Below are positions 26,618 through 39,045 of a DNA stretch of 64,000 nt, in pieces. Each line of letters starts with the position of its first letter. Position 1 is the first letter of the stretch. The stretch is taken from NCBI RefSeq assembly GCF_902652985.1, contig NC_047029.1:32922001-32986000 (forward strand). The letters are read 5' to 3'. Below the pieces are notes generated by a model. The model was not told where the DNA came from. It was given only the letters and a program-made list of their open reading frames with translations, and did no database searches. A program made the translations under genes and the position numbers. The DNA comes from Pecten maximus (taxonomy: Eukaryota).

Positions 26618-27129
26618 TTGGTGTTACTACACTGACTATCGAAATGTTTCATATGATTTCTACAATGGGTATTTTACGAGAAATAAATACAATTCAAGTC
26701 ACTGCATACTACTTCATATAAGTACGGAAATTGTTTTGTGCTCTGTTATTAATCATGTTATCTAAATCGACTAATCAGTGTTTAATAGGCAATCACATGC
26801 ATACAGCTTGAGTATAAATATATGTCATGTAGGAATGAAGAGATCAAACACTGTTGATCAAAATAAGTATATACTAACATCTTATTTGTTTCTAATTATT
26901 CATCCGATTGTTAACGTGACGAAATCTTTTTCCCCTCACATATATTGTGAAACGTAATTCTTATAGGACATCTATTTCTGCGTGTACTTCTACGTCTTAT
27001 TATTTACCTGTATCAACATAGAAAAGGTCTTACTCCAGAGAAGTCAAAATTAACCGTAAATATACCCTCGAACATATTTGGTTTTGGTTTTGAGCTTCAA
27101 CGGCTATGGTCATGAACCTGTATATAAAA

Positions 27130-27430
27130 TATAACTATACCACTATAAGGTTAGTAGGACCAACAAATGATCAGTAAAATCAGAATTAGCAAACGAAACA
27201 TGATAACATGTTAATACATATTGTTTCACTCATGTTAAAATACATAATGGCTATGTTAACTGAAATCTTGTGATAAAGACTAACTGATCTCAAATAATTG
27301 AAAATTGTGTATATGCTAACAATTTTGAAAAGAACCTTTAGACTTGCTTTGTTGTAAAAACTCTCTCTTATATGTTGTAGATCAATGTAATCCAATAAAA
27401 ACGTTTAACGGGAAATGGTTCATTGCATGA
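27130..27430 (-). mobile_element. 3' end of an I/Nimb-clade LINE
   Basis: CNEPF.V...LDYIDLQHIRESFYNKASLKVLF....TIFNYLRSVSLYHKI, typical of the I-group ORF2 C-terminus. Confidence 0.65.
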
Positions 27431-27826
27431 TGATTATACAGCTACAAAATAAAGTATTGTTGGTGTATGGTATTATATTATATTTTTTCAGATACGGAAC
27501 CTCTTAATTTCCTCCGCAGCCTCAAAAACACACACTACAGCATTTACACGCATGTATCTTGCACATAGGAGAAGCCGTACTGAAATGACATTATCTGTTC
27601 AAAGCAAACAATTTTATCTTACCATGAAAAAAAACACACAAGTGGGGGAAATGGCTATAACTGTGCTGTATAGCAGTTTTGTGTTTCTAGTACTCACCTG
27701 TGGTATTGATGGTCACCATTGTTATAGAAATCAAATTCAGAGTAAACAATTATTAAATAATAAGGGACAACTGTTTAAATACTCAAATATGTTGTTCATC
27801 TGTTCTCTATGATTAATATATCTTTA

Positions 27827-28529
27827 TGTAACCGGGTTGCCTAGACAGGATCCTTTGTAGTGAAAAACCAGAAGACAACCGGGTCGGGTTCGAGTTCTTT
27901 ATTGATGAATATGAGGAATTGATGAATCAACGAATTTATTGACCCTCGACTATGGGTTGAGGGTCACCAATATAATTTTACATATAGTGTACACAGGATC
28001 AATGGTTTTGATACATTTCAATTGTAGCTGGAAATATGAAAAGTTTCCTAGAATCAGGAAAACCTCCAGCTGTCACCACAGCTCCTTTAATTCTGGCTAA
28101 TACAAATATTTGACAAAGAACTTTCCCTCCAAAATATCTTAGCCAATAAAATTTAAGGTCAACTAAAAGGTCAGGTCAAGATAATACTGGACATTATATA
28201 CATATATCATGTGCACAGGACATGGACAGTGCACCACTGGACAACACAAAGATAGACTTATCACATGACTGTGCATACATACCACACGTACAGGTAAAAT
28301 CTATTTATAGCTTACAGACTCACAGGTAGTGTGAGTGAGCACTATATAGAGTATGTGTATACCTGCATGCAGAGTACCTACCAACTCTGCAACGCACACA
28401 GTAATATTGGATACATTAACTTGACCTGTAATAACAATACTTATAAAAATAGATAGCATTAAAACAAGCATATCATAGAATGTATAAAATCTTAATTGTA
28501 GCAATACTGAAATAGTTCACCTGGTCACA
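27827..28529 (-). repeat. Gypsy 3' LTR (703 bp)
   Basis: TGTAACC...GGTCACA, direct repeat of 34992-35698 with scattered substitutions and small indels. Adjacent PPT on minus strand (AAAAGGAGGGAG, ~28534-28545). Confidence 0.95.
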
Positions 28530-31500
28530 TACACTCCCTCCTTTTGGAAGACGTCCTCGTCTGCATCCTTTTTCATCCATACACGGTTTTCCCCCAATTA
28601 TGACGCTTAGTAACGCATCAGCTACCCTGTTTGATGCCGAGTCAAAAGTGCCTTCCTGTGCTAGGGACTTTATAAAATTGGCTCGGATCAACCAATCTGG
28701 CTCTGCTCTGGTACCTGCCATGACATATTCTCCAGTTCTCTGCCATGCAGGTGCCTGTCTGTGTTGACTGGACCTCCTGGTCTGAACTGCTTCCCTGAGC
28801 TCTATGGCAACCGGAACTTCCTCGTCCGTATCGCTGTCCGCGTGCGACGTTTCTGGTTGTCGTTTTCTTGGAGGGTTCCTTCTCGGCATTTTCCGTGGCA
28901 GTGGTTTGGGTGCTCTTGGTTCCTGTGATACCTGTGGGGGAAGTGAACCAATAGGGAGCAGGATGTTCCGGTGAAGTGTCTTGATCCGGCCTTCTCCATT
29001 ATCCTGCTGTACGTCATATACTGGAATGTCCTGGTTAGGTTGCTTGAGGACGATATAAACATTGTCTTCCCAGCGCTTTGCAATTTTATGCTTGCCGTCC
29101 CATGCTACCACTTTTACCAGGACTCGGTCTCCCTCCTGTATTACAGCACCTCTTGTTTTCCTGTCATAGTACTTCTTCTGTTTCTCTTGTGCTTTCTGGT
29201 TGTACTCAGAGGCTATCCTGTATGCTTCCTTCAATCTTGCACGTAGTTCCCTTCCATAGCCTGATAAGGTGTTGGATTGCTGCTTAGTATCCACCCCAAA
29301 AACCAGGTCAATCGGCAGTCGTGGTTCCCTCCCAAACATCAAAAAGAATGGGGATTGGTTCGTTGTTTCATGGCGGGTACAATTGTAGGAATGTACCATA
29401 TGTCCAACAAACTTCTTCCAATCGGCCTTCTCTATATTGGTCAGGGTTCGAAGCATGTCGAAAAGTGTCCTGTTAAATCTCTCGCACTGGCCATTACCCA
29501 TCGGGTGGTATGGGGTGGTTCTGGATTTGGTGATCCCAGTTAATTGGCAAAGTTCATGGATGAGCTTTCCTTCAAAGTTAGCACCTTGGTCACTATGTAT
29601 GCGTTTAGGCATCCCATAGTGCATGATGAAGTGATTAAATATGACGTCAGCTGTCGTCTTAGCTGTCATGTTTCTAGTTGGGATGGCCTGTGCATACTTG
29701 GTAAAATGGTCTGTAATGACCAAGATGTGTTGGAATCCTCCCTTAGATGTTTCAAGAGTAGTGAAGTCCACACATACCAACTCGAGTGGCTGGCTGGTCT
29801 TAATGTTCACAAGTGGGGCTACCTGCTTAGTATGGGCTTTTCTCGTAAGGCACCGACTACACCTGTTGCCAGATTCTTCTATGTCCAGGTACATGTTTGG
29901 CCAATAGAATCGGTCTCTCACTAATGAGATGGTCTGGTCACGAGCAGGATGTCCTATTTCATCATGAAGTCCTTGCAATACCTCTAGCTTCAATGCCTTA
30001 GGTATAACCAGTCTATAGGAAGGTCCTCCATCTCCTATTACCTCCTTATAGAGCATTCCCTCTCTAAGCTTCAGTTTCCCTCAGGCCTTATAGAGTGCGG
30101 CTTCTGTCCTAGGAACATCTTTCCACTTGGGCTTCACCCCTTTTCGAACATGCTCAATCCATGTGCCTAAAACAGGGTCCTCCAACTGTGTGGTCTTCAG
30201 TTCCGAGGCTGTCATCTTAGAGAAACTCAGACCTGGCGTATCCGCATCCTCAGCAGACTCTGGTAATGTGTGTGCCAAACACAAACTCTCCACATAGGGG
30301 TAATGACGTATAGCTTCACAGACTGCTCTCACTGCATCCGTCGATATGGTTTCCGGTAGCCTTGATAGCCCATCTACATCTGCATTGCTAGACCCTGGTC
30401 GGTATACAATGCTGAAATTGTAGTTTGCTAGGGCCGCTATCCATCTATGTCCTGTGGCATCGAGTTTTGCTGAGGGTAAGACATAGGTGAGAGGATTGTT
30501 GTCGGTCATTACTGTGACTGTGAAAGTTTGTCCATACAAGTAGTCGTGGAACTTTTCGCTGATTGCCCATTTAAGGGCGAGGAATTCCAGTGTGTGGGCT
30601 GGGTAGTTCCTCTCTGACTTACTCAAGCCTCTACTGGCATAGGCTATGACCCTCTTCCTCCCCTCCTGCTCTTGATAAAGCACAGCACTAGTGATGCATC
30701 TGTGTGGACCTCGAAGGGTTTCTGGAAGTTGGGATAGCCAAGGATTGGTGGGGACACTAAGGCTTTCTTGAGTGCTGTGAATGCATTCTCCTGCTCCACT
30801 TCCCATCTCCATTCCTTTACCGCTCCTACTTGCTTGGACTTCCCTTTCGGTGTCTTCCTAGGTGTAGGCATGAGGTCGGTAAGAGGTCTGGCAACTTTAG
30901 AGAAATCCTTTATGAATTTTCTATAATACCCAATGAAACCAAGGAACTGCCTCACTTCTTCTGGGGAGGTTGGGCGTGGCCATGACTTCACCTTCTCCAC
31001 TTTTTCTGGGTCTGGTTCAACTGCGTCTGCGGAGACTATGTGGCCTACGTATTTGATCTTCTGCATGAAAAAGGCGCACTTACTGGGCGAAAGCTTGAGG
31101 CTAGACTCACGTAGTCGCTGTAGAACTTTCTCCATCCTCTCTAAATGTTCCTCATAGGTGTCCGAAAAGAATATGAGATCATCAAGATAGATAAAACAAT
31201 ATTTGAGGTGAAGGTCTCCTAAACACTCTTCCATGAGCCGCTGGTATGTCTATTGAACTCGTAGAAACCAAGTGCTCCAACGGTAAAAGCTGTTCTGGCC
31301 TTGTGTTGCTCATCTATCTCCAACTGGTGATATCCTGACTTCATGTCCAGCACGGTGAAATACTTATTTCCAGCTAAGGAGTCCAGGATATCGTCAATCC
31401 TTGGGACAGCATATGCATCCTTGATTGTTCGCTGGTTAAGCTGCCTGTAATCCACACACATGAGGAGTTTTCCATCTTTCTTTCTGCATAAGACAACATT

Positions 31501-32600
31501 GGAGGTCCAAGGAGAGTGCGACTTGCGGATAATCCCTGCAGCAAGTAACTGTTGGAGATGGCTCCTGACCTCATCAATCATCGAGGGTGGTATCCTTCGG
31601 TGTCGTTGCCTGAAAGGTATACCATCTGTTGCCTCAATCCGATGCTTGACGAGACGGGAATGCCCAATATCAAGATCGTCCTTTGAGAAGATGTCATCAA
31701 ACTTACAGATGAGTTCTCTCCCCTTCAGCAGCTGCTCGGCCGTCAAGTCTTCTGTACTGATACTTACCGGTATATCATTAAGTTCTCCCAAATCCTTGTA
31801 TTCCTCAGAGGTGGCCCTGATCGTCTCCACTGTAACTGGCTGGAGCTCACAAAGGAGTGCTTTTGACGATATGGTCACTGTCCGAGTACTAACATTGGAG
31901 ATCTGAACTGGTATAAATCCGGTGGCATCCTGGTTGTATGGTATCAATGTGGGTGTAATGTCCAGGTCCTCCATAACTACTGCATTTGGTGTTGGTTGTA
32001 GGATTGCACAAACAGGTAAATATGGCAGCTTCTTATCCATGTATGCCTGTATGGTCATTGTAATGTTAGGCATGACAGTGATCCGTTTGGCCTCTGCTGA
32101 CCTCACTAGCGCTAGTCGGTTGTCATTCCACTCCAGTTGCCTATCCCTTAGTAGGATACAACGGAATACCAAGTACCATGGGGTCCTCAGACTGGCTGTC
32201 TGTAAAAATCTCCTTCCAAGATGTTCCTGTAAATCATCCATGATAGCATTTAAAACGTTAGTATCTAGCAGTATAGGTACCGACGAGTTGTACCTACTAT
32301 CCGGCACTACTAGAAATAAACAATGGTAATTGCTTTCCTTACCTGCGAGTAACGGGGTAATGCTAGCTTCTATGTACCCGAGGTACGGCAATGCTTCTCC
32401 ATCTGTGCATTCCACATGTAGAACCATTCTCCAATGGTGTTATGGGCATATCCTTAAAATACATATTATAAAAAAAACTGTGGCTCAATGTCGATACGGC
32501 AGATCCTGTGTCCAAAAGGGCTCTCGTCTCTGTCCCTTCTACAACCAATGTTACCTCGTTCGGGTGTCCAATTAGGCCCCCAGTATCGCTGTGGCCTCTA
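28473..32600 (-). pseudogene. Gypsy pol (protease, dUTPase-like spacer, RT, RNase H, integrase) split by frameshifts
   Basis: LLDTGS protease; LDMKSGYHQ and YLDD RT; HTDAS / LEFLALKWA / TDNNPL RNase H; HDEIGH..C..C and VCVDF / HSDQG / CERFNRTL integrase. Confidence 0.95.
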
Positions 32601-33643
32601 TCTTGCTCTGCCTTCTTGGTGTTTCCTTGTCTCCTTTCATTCTTTCTCCCTCCATCGTTATAGTTGTCCTGCCAGGCTCTAACCTTTGACACTTCTGTGC
32701 TTAACTGGTTGATCATGGCCTTCAGCTCCTGCATCTCTGATGCCTGGTCAGGGTTGTTGGAAGAGGTGTTGGCCATCTTGGCGACTGCTTTCCTGGATGA
32801 CTTTGTCTACCCTTCGAACAGACGCTATAAGTTCATCGAAATCCTGAATGGTGTCATACTTGTGAGCGGTGAGCTGTCGAAGTTGTTTTCGTAGACCTTT
32901 CCAATAAATCTTTCTGAGTAACATATTGGCCTTTGATGGAACCACATACTCACCTTGCCTCATGGCTTTGGTGAAGAGCTGCTCTAGTCTACATCCCAAT
33001 CTGGTGGCATCTTCATCCTCCTTCTGCTGTGCAGTGTAGACTATCTGCATCAAGTCGTCACACTTTGTTCGTCGGTCTTGTATATCCCATCAAGTTTGTC
33101 CAGGACTTCTGATAATGTGGCGTCATATCCAACTGTCATGGCTACTTGTCCTGCCTCTCCTTTCAAAGAGCGTATGACTGGCTGAAGGATCGTAGGCCTG
33201 GAATGCTGCCTATCCCGTAAATAGCCGTCGACCTCATAGCGCCATTGCTCGTAGGTAATATCCGTCTTACCTTTCTCGCCAGAGAATGTGGACAGGCGTG
33301 GCATCTGTTGATGGACTGTTACGGTCTGTGACGTCATTGGTATAGGCTCTGTCCTATGTTTATCAGGCTGCTGTCTGTCCAATAACTCTAACTTTTGTCT
33401 GGCGTATTCCAACATCCATAGTTCCAGATCAGCAGGAGAGTCAAACTTAGGTTTAACACCTAATCTAGAGAATGTGTCCAGTAGAGATGCCCCTTCCTCT
33501 GTGTGCTCCCTATCCTCCTCCTGCTGCTCCTCTGTCTTCTCAACAAGATCCGACATATCTAGGTACTTAGGATGTAGCAAGACTGACGCCAATAATAGTA
33601 CTAGACAATAAAATTCTACAATGTGAACCCGAATCATAAACAC
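32600..33643 (-). pseudogene. Gypsy gag with PNMA-like capsid domain, frameshifted
   Basis: PRLSTFSGE...TYEQWRYEV...IRSLKGEAGQV...LDKLDGIY...YTAQQKEDE; no CCHC knuckle seen. Confidence 0.85.
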
Positions 33644-34731
33644 ACAAGTTCAAAGTCTGATAATGCCTGAATATTCAAGAAACGCAAATATATTTCACTG
33701 AAATAAAATGTTCAATTAGTATTAAAGAGGCACAGTAAAGTTCTAATCCAACAATGAGACAAGATGAAACAAGGGAGATAATTCAGTAAACCACGTCAAA
33801 TTCTGAGTGACTGAAACAACCAATCTACATAACAACCTAGTCTGCGAAGGAACATTTAAATTAACATTTGACACAGAAAACCAAACATATAACACATGTA
33901 AACATAGCATGCATCATACATACACATAGTATAACACAGATATTAGTACAGTATCCGTACCAGTCGGGTCCTGTCAATAGCAAAGTCTCAACCTTTCCCA
34001 AAACTATCCCAAAGAATCCAATCCTCTATTCCTATCCAAAAACATAGAGCAGAAATAATAAAAAAAAAACAAAAATAGAAAAATAAAGTATAAAAAAAAT
34101 AAAGTATGACAAAAAATATATATAGGCCTGCATAAAAATGCAGTTATAACTTCGTGGACCTCTAATCACTGAGCCCAAAAAACCAAGTCTAAACCGACCT
34201 AATATAATCTACATGCTTCTATAAAGTAGATGAGAAAATTCAAAAATCTAACAATCTACAATGTTAGAATGAGCAATAGAATAATAAAAAAAAATCTACA
34301 AAAGACTTTTTAAACACAGACACATACAGTAATAGGGCCGTTCAAAACATGATGGATAACTTGTCACATAAATGTCCAGTTCCACAAGTTCTTGCAGGTT
34401 GAACTCACAAACTCCCAACTTAATCACATGTAAGCAAAATTAGAAGAGTACCTTTGAACCGGAAGTGCATCATGGGGTCAAGGTAACATCCGGTACAAGT
34501 CAATCAACAACGTAGCATTACTTTGCAGATAAAGTTTTTTATCAAAGACGTCAATGTCAACCAATTCCACCTACCGTGTGTTGTATCTCATTGTCTTTGA
34601 CGGCACGAATCAAGCGGCTCCTCCGAGGTCCATCATATGACACAAGTGATAAACCATGCACACTGCACTACTTCTCCTTTCGAAAATATAATTCCTATTA
34701 CAGAATTCACAATGTAACACTCCGGTCACAT

Positions 34732-34912
34732 CACAGGTGGTGTGCTAGTCCTACACAGATGGTGTGTTAGTCCTACACACAGGTGGTGTGCTAGTCCTAC
34801 ACACACAGGTGGTGTGCTAGTCCTACACACAGGTGGTGTGCTAGTCCTATACAGGAGGTGGTGTGCTAGTCCTACACACAGATGGTGTGTTAGTCCTACA
34901 CACATAGGTGGT
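34732..34912. repeat. ~25-bp minisatellite (ACACAGGTGGTGTGCTAGTCCTAC) x~7 in the Gypsy 5' leader
   Basis: Direct tandem copies differing in CA count; no unique spacers. Confidence 0.9.
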
Positions 34913-34979
34913 ACTTGTGTGCTCCTCCCGGGTCCTCTCACTTGGAAGCCGAGTAACCTCGATCCGTTCGGTACCTACA

Positions 34980-34988
34980 TGGGCGCCA
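34980..34988 (-). promoter_or_regulatory. Gypsy primer-binding site, tRNA-Lys-like
   Basis: Minus strand TGGCGCCCA 3 nt inside the 5' LTR, complementary to the tRNA-Lys 3' end. Confidence 0.75.
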
Positions 34989-34991
34989 ATT

Positions 34992-35698
34992 TGTAACCAG
35001 GTTGCCTAGACAGGATCCGTTGTAGTGAAAAACCAGAAGACAACCGGGTCGGGTTCGAGTTCTTTATTGATGAATATGATAATTGATGAATTTATTGACC
35101 CTCGACTATGGGTTGAGGGTCACCAATATAATTTTACATATAGTGTACACAGGATCAATGTTTTTGATACATTTCAACTGTAGCTGGAAATATGAAAAGT
35201 TTCCAAGAATCAGGAAAACCTCCAGCTGTCACCACAGCTCCTTTACTTCTGGCTTATACAAATATTTGACAAAGAACTTTCCCTCCAAAATATCTTAGCC
35301 AATAAAATTTAAGGTCAACTAAAAGGTCAGGTCAAGGTCAAGTTAATACTGGATATTACATACATATATCATGTGCACAGGACATGGACAGTACATGCAC
35401 CACTGGACAACACAAAGATAGACTAGTCACATGACTGTACATAAAATAATGTACATACCACCCGTACAGGTAAAATCTATTTATAGATTACATACTCACA
35501 GGTAGTGTGAGTGAGCACTATATAGAGTATGTGTATACCTGCATGCAGAGTACCTACCAATTCTGCAACGCACACAGTAATATTGGATACATTAACTTGA
35601 CCTGTAATAACAATACTTATAAAAATATTAAAACAAGCATATCACAGAATGTTTAACACCTTAATTGTAGCAATACTGAAATAGTTCACCTGGTCACA
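34992..35698 (-). repeat. Gypsy 5' LTR (707 bp)
   Basis: Direct repeat of 27827-28529, adjacent to the PBS. Confidence 0.95.
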
Positions 35699-35702
35699 TT
35701 TA

Positions 35703-36751
35703 CATAGGATTTAGATTTTATTTTCACATCGGGTTTTTATTCATAGTTCATAGGAGAGTTCAGAGGTCATTTAAACGTGATCTTTTTAATTTGTTAAGGA
35801 TTTTCAAAGACTCAAATATATGAAATGGCGACACTTTTCGAAAAACTTTTGTCATGGCTTGCAGTAACATAAATAATCTTACTTTAGTTGACAGCATTTG
35901 TCAAAGTTTTATTTTTTATATGAACATATCAACCTAGTTGTCCCCCTTAACATGGAAACGAGCCAAACGATGTCCGTGTGTTGTGTACAGATGTAAAAAC
36001 CAGGGAGAGCATTATCTTATTTCATCGGTTCGGAGGCTAAAATGTGTAAGTATATCCATATATTGACCTATATTAAACATTTTGGATGTTGGATTCTATT
36101 TTTTTCAACATTTAGTTTGGGAGAAGATTAAGAGAGGAAAGGTATGGAAGTTTCAGAAGTAATTATTACATATTAAATGAGTAAATCTTTAAATATCATT
36201 TTTCATAACTTACAATCCCATTATGGGTATATGGAAATCGAAAGTAGATTATTTTGTTAAAGTTGATGTTCAACAACGAAAAGTGGCTGGATATTATATA
36301 TTTGCCTAAGTATAAGCAAACTATGCCTACTTTTACCACGGACTAAGCAATAGGTATGTTGTGTTTTTACACATTTACACATTAACATGTAAAGATTTTT
36401 CCAAAATATGTCCCAGCAGATATTAGTCATTTCCGACCCCAATATAACTAATTTTCTTCCGAAGCAATAATGAACCCATCTTCGATAAGATAAAGAAACT
36501 GGAAAGAATTCTACAGGAATTGATATAGAGTACATGTACTAACTGTAAGCAGATATTTTTCCAAAAAGGTGTAATTATTTGACTTGTCAATGTTCTGTCT
36601 TCAATTAATTTGTCTATATTTAGTAATATCGCTACTTAAAAAAGTGTAATTATCAAGCAACAGCTCTGTGGTCTATGATCAACCTTTTCATTATCAATTT
36701 TATGGTACAGTGTACATTGTATAAGATTATATTTAGAATTAAAAAATCTGT
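35703..36751 (+). promoter_or_regulatory. Diverged promoter, exon 1 and proximal intron of TRIM copy 3
   Basis: Collinear but clearly diverged homologue of ~17950-19280 (TTTTCACATCGGGTTT, CATAGGAGAG, GTAAGTAT donor, GGAAATCGAAAGTA, TTATTTGACTTGTCAAT). Confidence 0.75.
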
Positions 36752-37960
36752 TACATGCATTGTAACTTCATATCAAGTACTGTGCATTGTAATTAATCAG
36801 TGTCATCTAAACACCTAATAAAAAAAAAACACGTATTAATGTGAATGAGCATATGAATGTACATGCACTTGATTTCTCCCGGAGTACTGCTTGAAATAAT
36901 GTGTATATCTACATGATTTTTTTAAGAAAATAAGTATACTTATTATAATAAGCTTGTTTTGTACTTTCCACACAAAGGCAGGTCCTAGGTTGATGGTAAT
37001 ATTTAAAAAAATAATATGACGCAATGTTTGCATCTCCACCTTTATAATCAGAGATGTAAAATTGTAGATCCAAATTATACACGTGTATACGTACGTGTCT
37101 CGTATATATACATGTACATACTATACCTCTTCTCCATATGAATAATACTTGTAGCAATATATATATGAAATGACACTCATATTGTATACCTCATCGCGTT
37201 TCCTGGGGTTTCTTATTAATTATTTTCTTTTTAATGTATTCCAAAAGTAAATGATAGTTTAATATATCCAATGTAAATCCACGTGCACACTCAGTGTTAC
37301 AAATCGGCGTGCCTGCTTTTATGCGTATGGCTATCATACTACTCTTATGAAAGTGCACACCTCTCAACTGAATATGATTACACTTAGTTATGTATATAGT
37401 CTCTCAAATGTAAGTTTAATTATTTATGTCATGTATTCATTATTGCTAATCTCTTTACTCAAAAGGAATTATCTGACCCATTGTTTGATACTTTGAAAAT
37501 AATACAATCTAACTGTACTGAACAGTAAATGGTAAGCAAACTGAAACTTAGTTAAGCGTTTGAGAGACTATGATGATACTATATGATCGTGATCACTAGA
37601 GTGCTTTCACGTGGTCTGTATATAAATAGTTGTACGTTTTGTTTACAGTTTTGAAGATGTCCATCCATGTAAATAGCGGAATGTCTTCTATGATTTTTCA
37701 TCCATGTATGGTAATTACTTGTATATATGTATTACTTTTGTGGACTTTGCCCACAAATCGCTTATTTTTTCACATTTTGTTTTATTATAACAATTTTAAG
37801 ACTTGCCAATGTATCTCAATGTATACATTTTCACTCGTACAGGTACACACAAATACCAGCTGTATCACATGCCCTATCAAATATATTATATTTACATTCT
37901 GTGTTGCATTTGCCTATATATCGTTAGTAAACCAAATTGTATTCATGAGACTGTATACTA

Positions 37961-39045
37961 CAATTTACAGTGATTCGGTCAGAGTAGGAATACAGCCCCA
38001 GGTGTTGCTGGTCAAAACAATGGCCGCCAGTTACTTTCGGCCTGGGGAGATTTCGAATGCTAGCATTTATTATCCACAACACAAAAAATAAGCAACTTCA
38101 CAAGTTATGAGAATAATATTGTATAATTAAAACAAAATGTAGTCAACACAAAATAACTATAAGCGCCGTTCTTGATCTAAGAATTATCAAATTGTCAATG
38201 TCGTCACACTCACCGGGGCTCGTTTCCGAATTTTCAGAAATGTGAGACACGATAACATTAAAAGTCTAGTATTTATAAAAAATAATAAAATAAAAATCTT
38301 GTGAAAAATCGGGAGCATCGACATGGTTTCCGGTCGTGTATGTATATTAGATTTTAGTTTTGTGGTTATTCACTAATGTTAAAGGCCTACCTTACAAAAT
38401 TGAGCCCCTGTGAAGTTGAAAAGTCGTCTGCTAAGATGCGACTGGTTAGACTTGAATCTGTTTCGAACGAAATATCTTTGGAATCGTTTTCATCTACTGT
38501 CAAGACGACTTTCATTTAGAATTTAAGAACTGATATTCTTCTGAAAATAATGTAAATCCAGTCGATAGAAACTGAAGTATTTCCGAGGAATCGAGTCTGT
38601 CCTGTGCAATACCCGTTCAAAGCCGCATCACTTCTAATTGTTAACCGTATAGCATTGCGCTGAAAAACGGCTTGGATTTTAAACAATCAGAAATTATGCA
38701 ATTGTGAATAATTTGACGATATCTACAAACGTATATGAAATAGAAAATAAAGCCAAATTTGTGCAAAACCAATGTATGTGTTTGGTATTAATAACGACAT
38801 GAGGGACTATATTAATCCTTCTGGAAGTTTCGGCTGTTCCGGTATTTGAACCTGATGACGTCAGTGATAGGGGGACCGGCAAATTTAAACGCGTCTTAAG
38901 CTACAGTAAATAAAAAAATTATGAATGTAAATATAAGCATTGAACTGTTACCAAATGGTAGTATACAGTCGATATGAATACAATTTGGGTGACAGATAAA
39001 TATTTCATGTCGCCCTAACGGGCGACATTCTATTTATCTGTACTA
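37961..39045. mobile_element. ~1.08-kb non-coding element nested at the start of LINE ORF2
   Basis: Removing it restores GAC TGT ATA CTA AAT CCA GGT CCC (D-C-I-L-N-P-G-P), with TACTA duplicated at the junctions. It ends in a hairpin ACAGATAAATA..TGTCGCCC/GGGCGACA..TATTTATCTGT and shares a motif with 11440-11467. Confidence 0.6.

Larger units (their letters stand above)
27827..35698 (-). mobile_element. Full-length but frameshifted Ty3/Gypsy LTR retrotransposon
   Basis: TG...CA LTRs at both ends, 4-bp TSD TTTA (27823-27826 / 35699-35702), PBS and PPT present, domain order gag-PR-RT-RH-IN. Confidence 0.97.

Noticed and set aside
28971-32894. Numerous plus-strand ORFs over the Gypsy element
   Set aside because: Antisense shadows of gag-pol codon structure.
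34732-34912. CRISPR-like repeat array
   Set aside because: Contiguous tandem units with no unique spacers, inside a eukaryotic LTR element, and no cas genes.
37630-38091. 153-aa hydrophobic ORF as a host gene
   Set aside because: Lies within the TSD-bounded LINE; it runs from the LINE 5'/ORF2 N-terminal region into a nested insertion.
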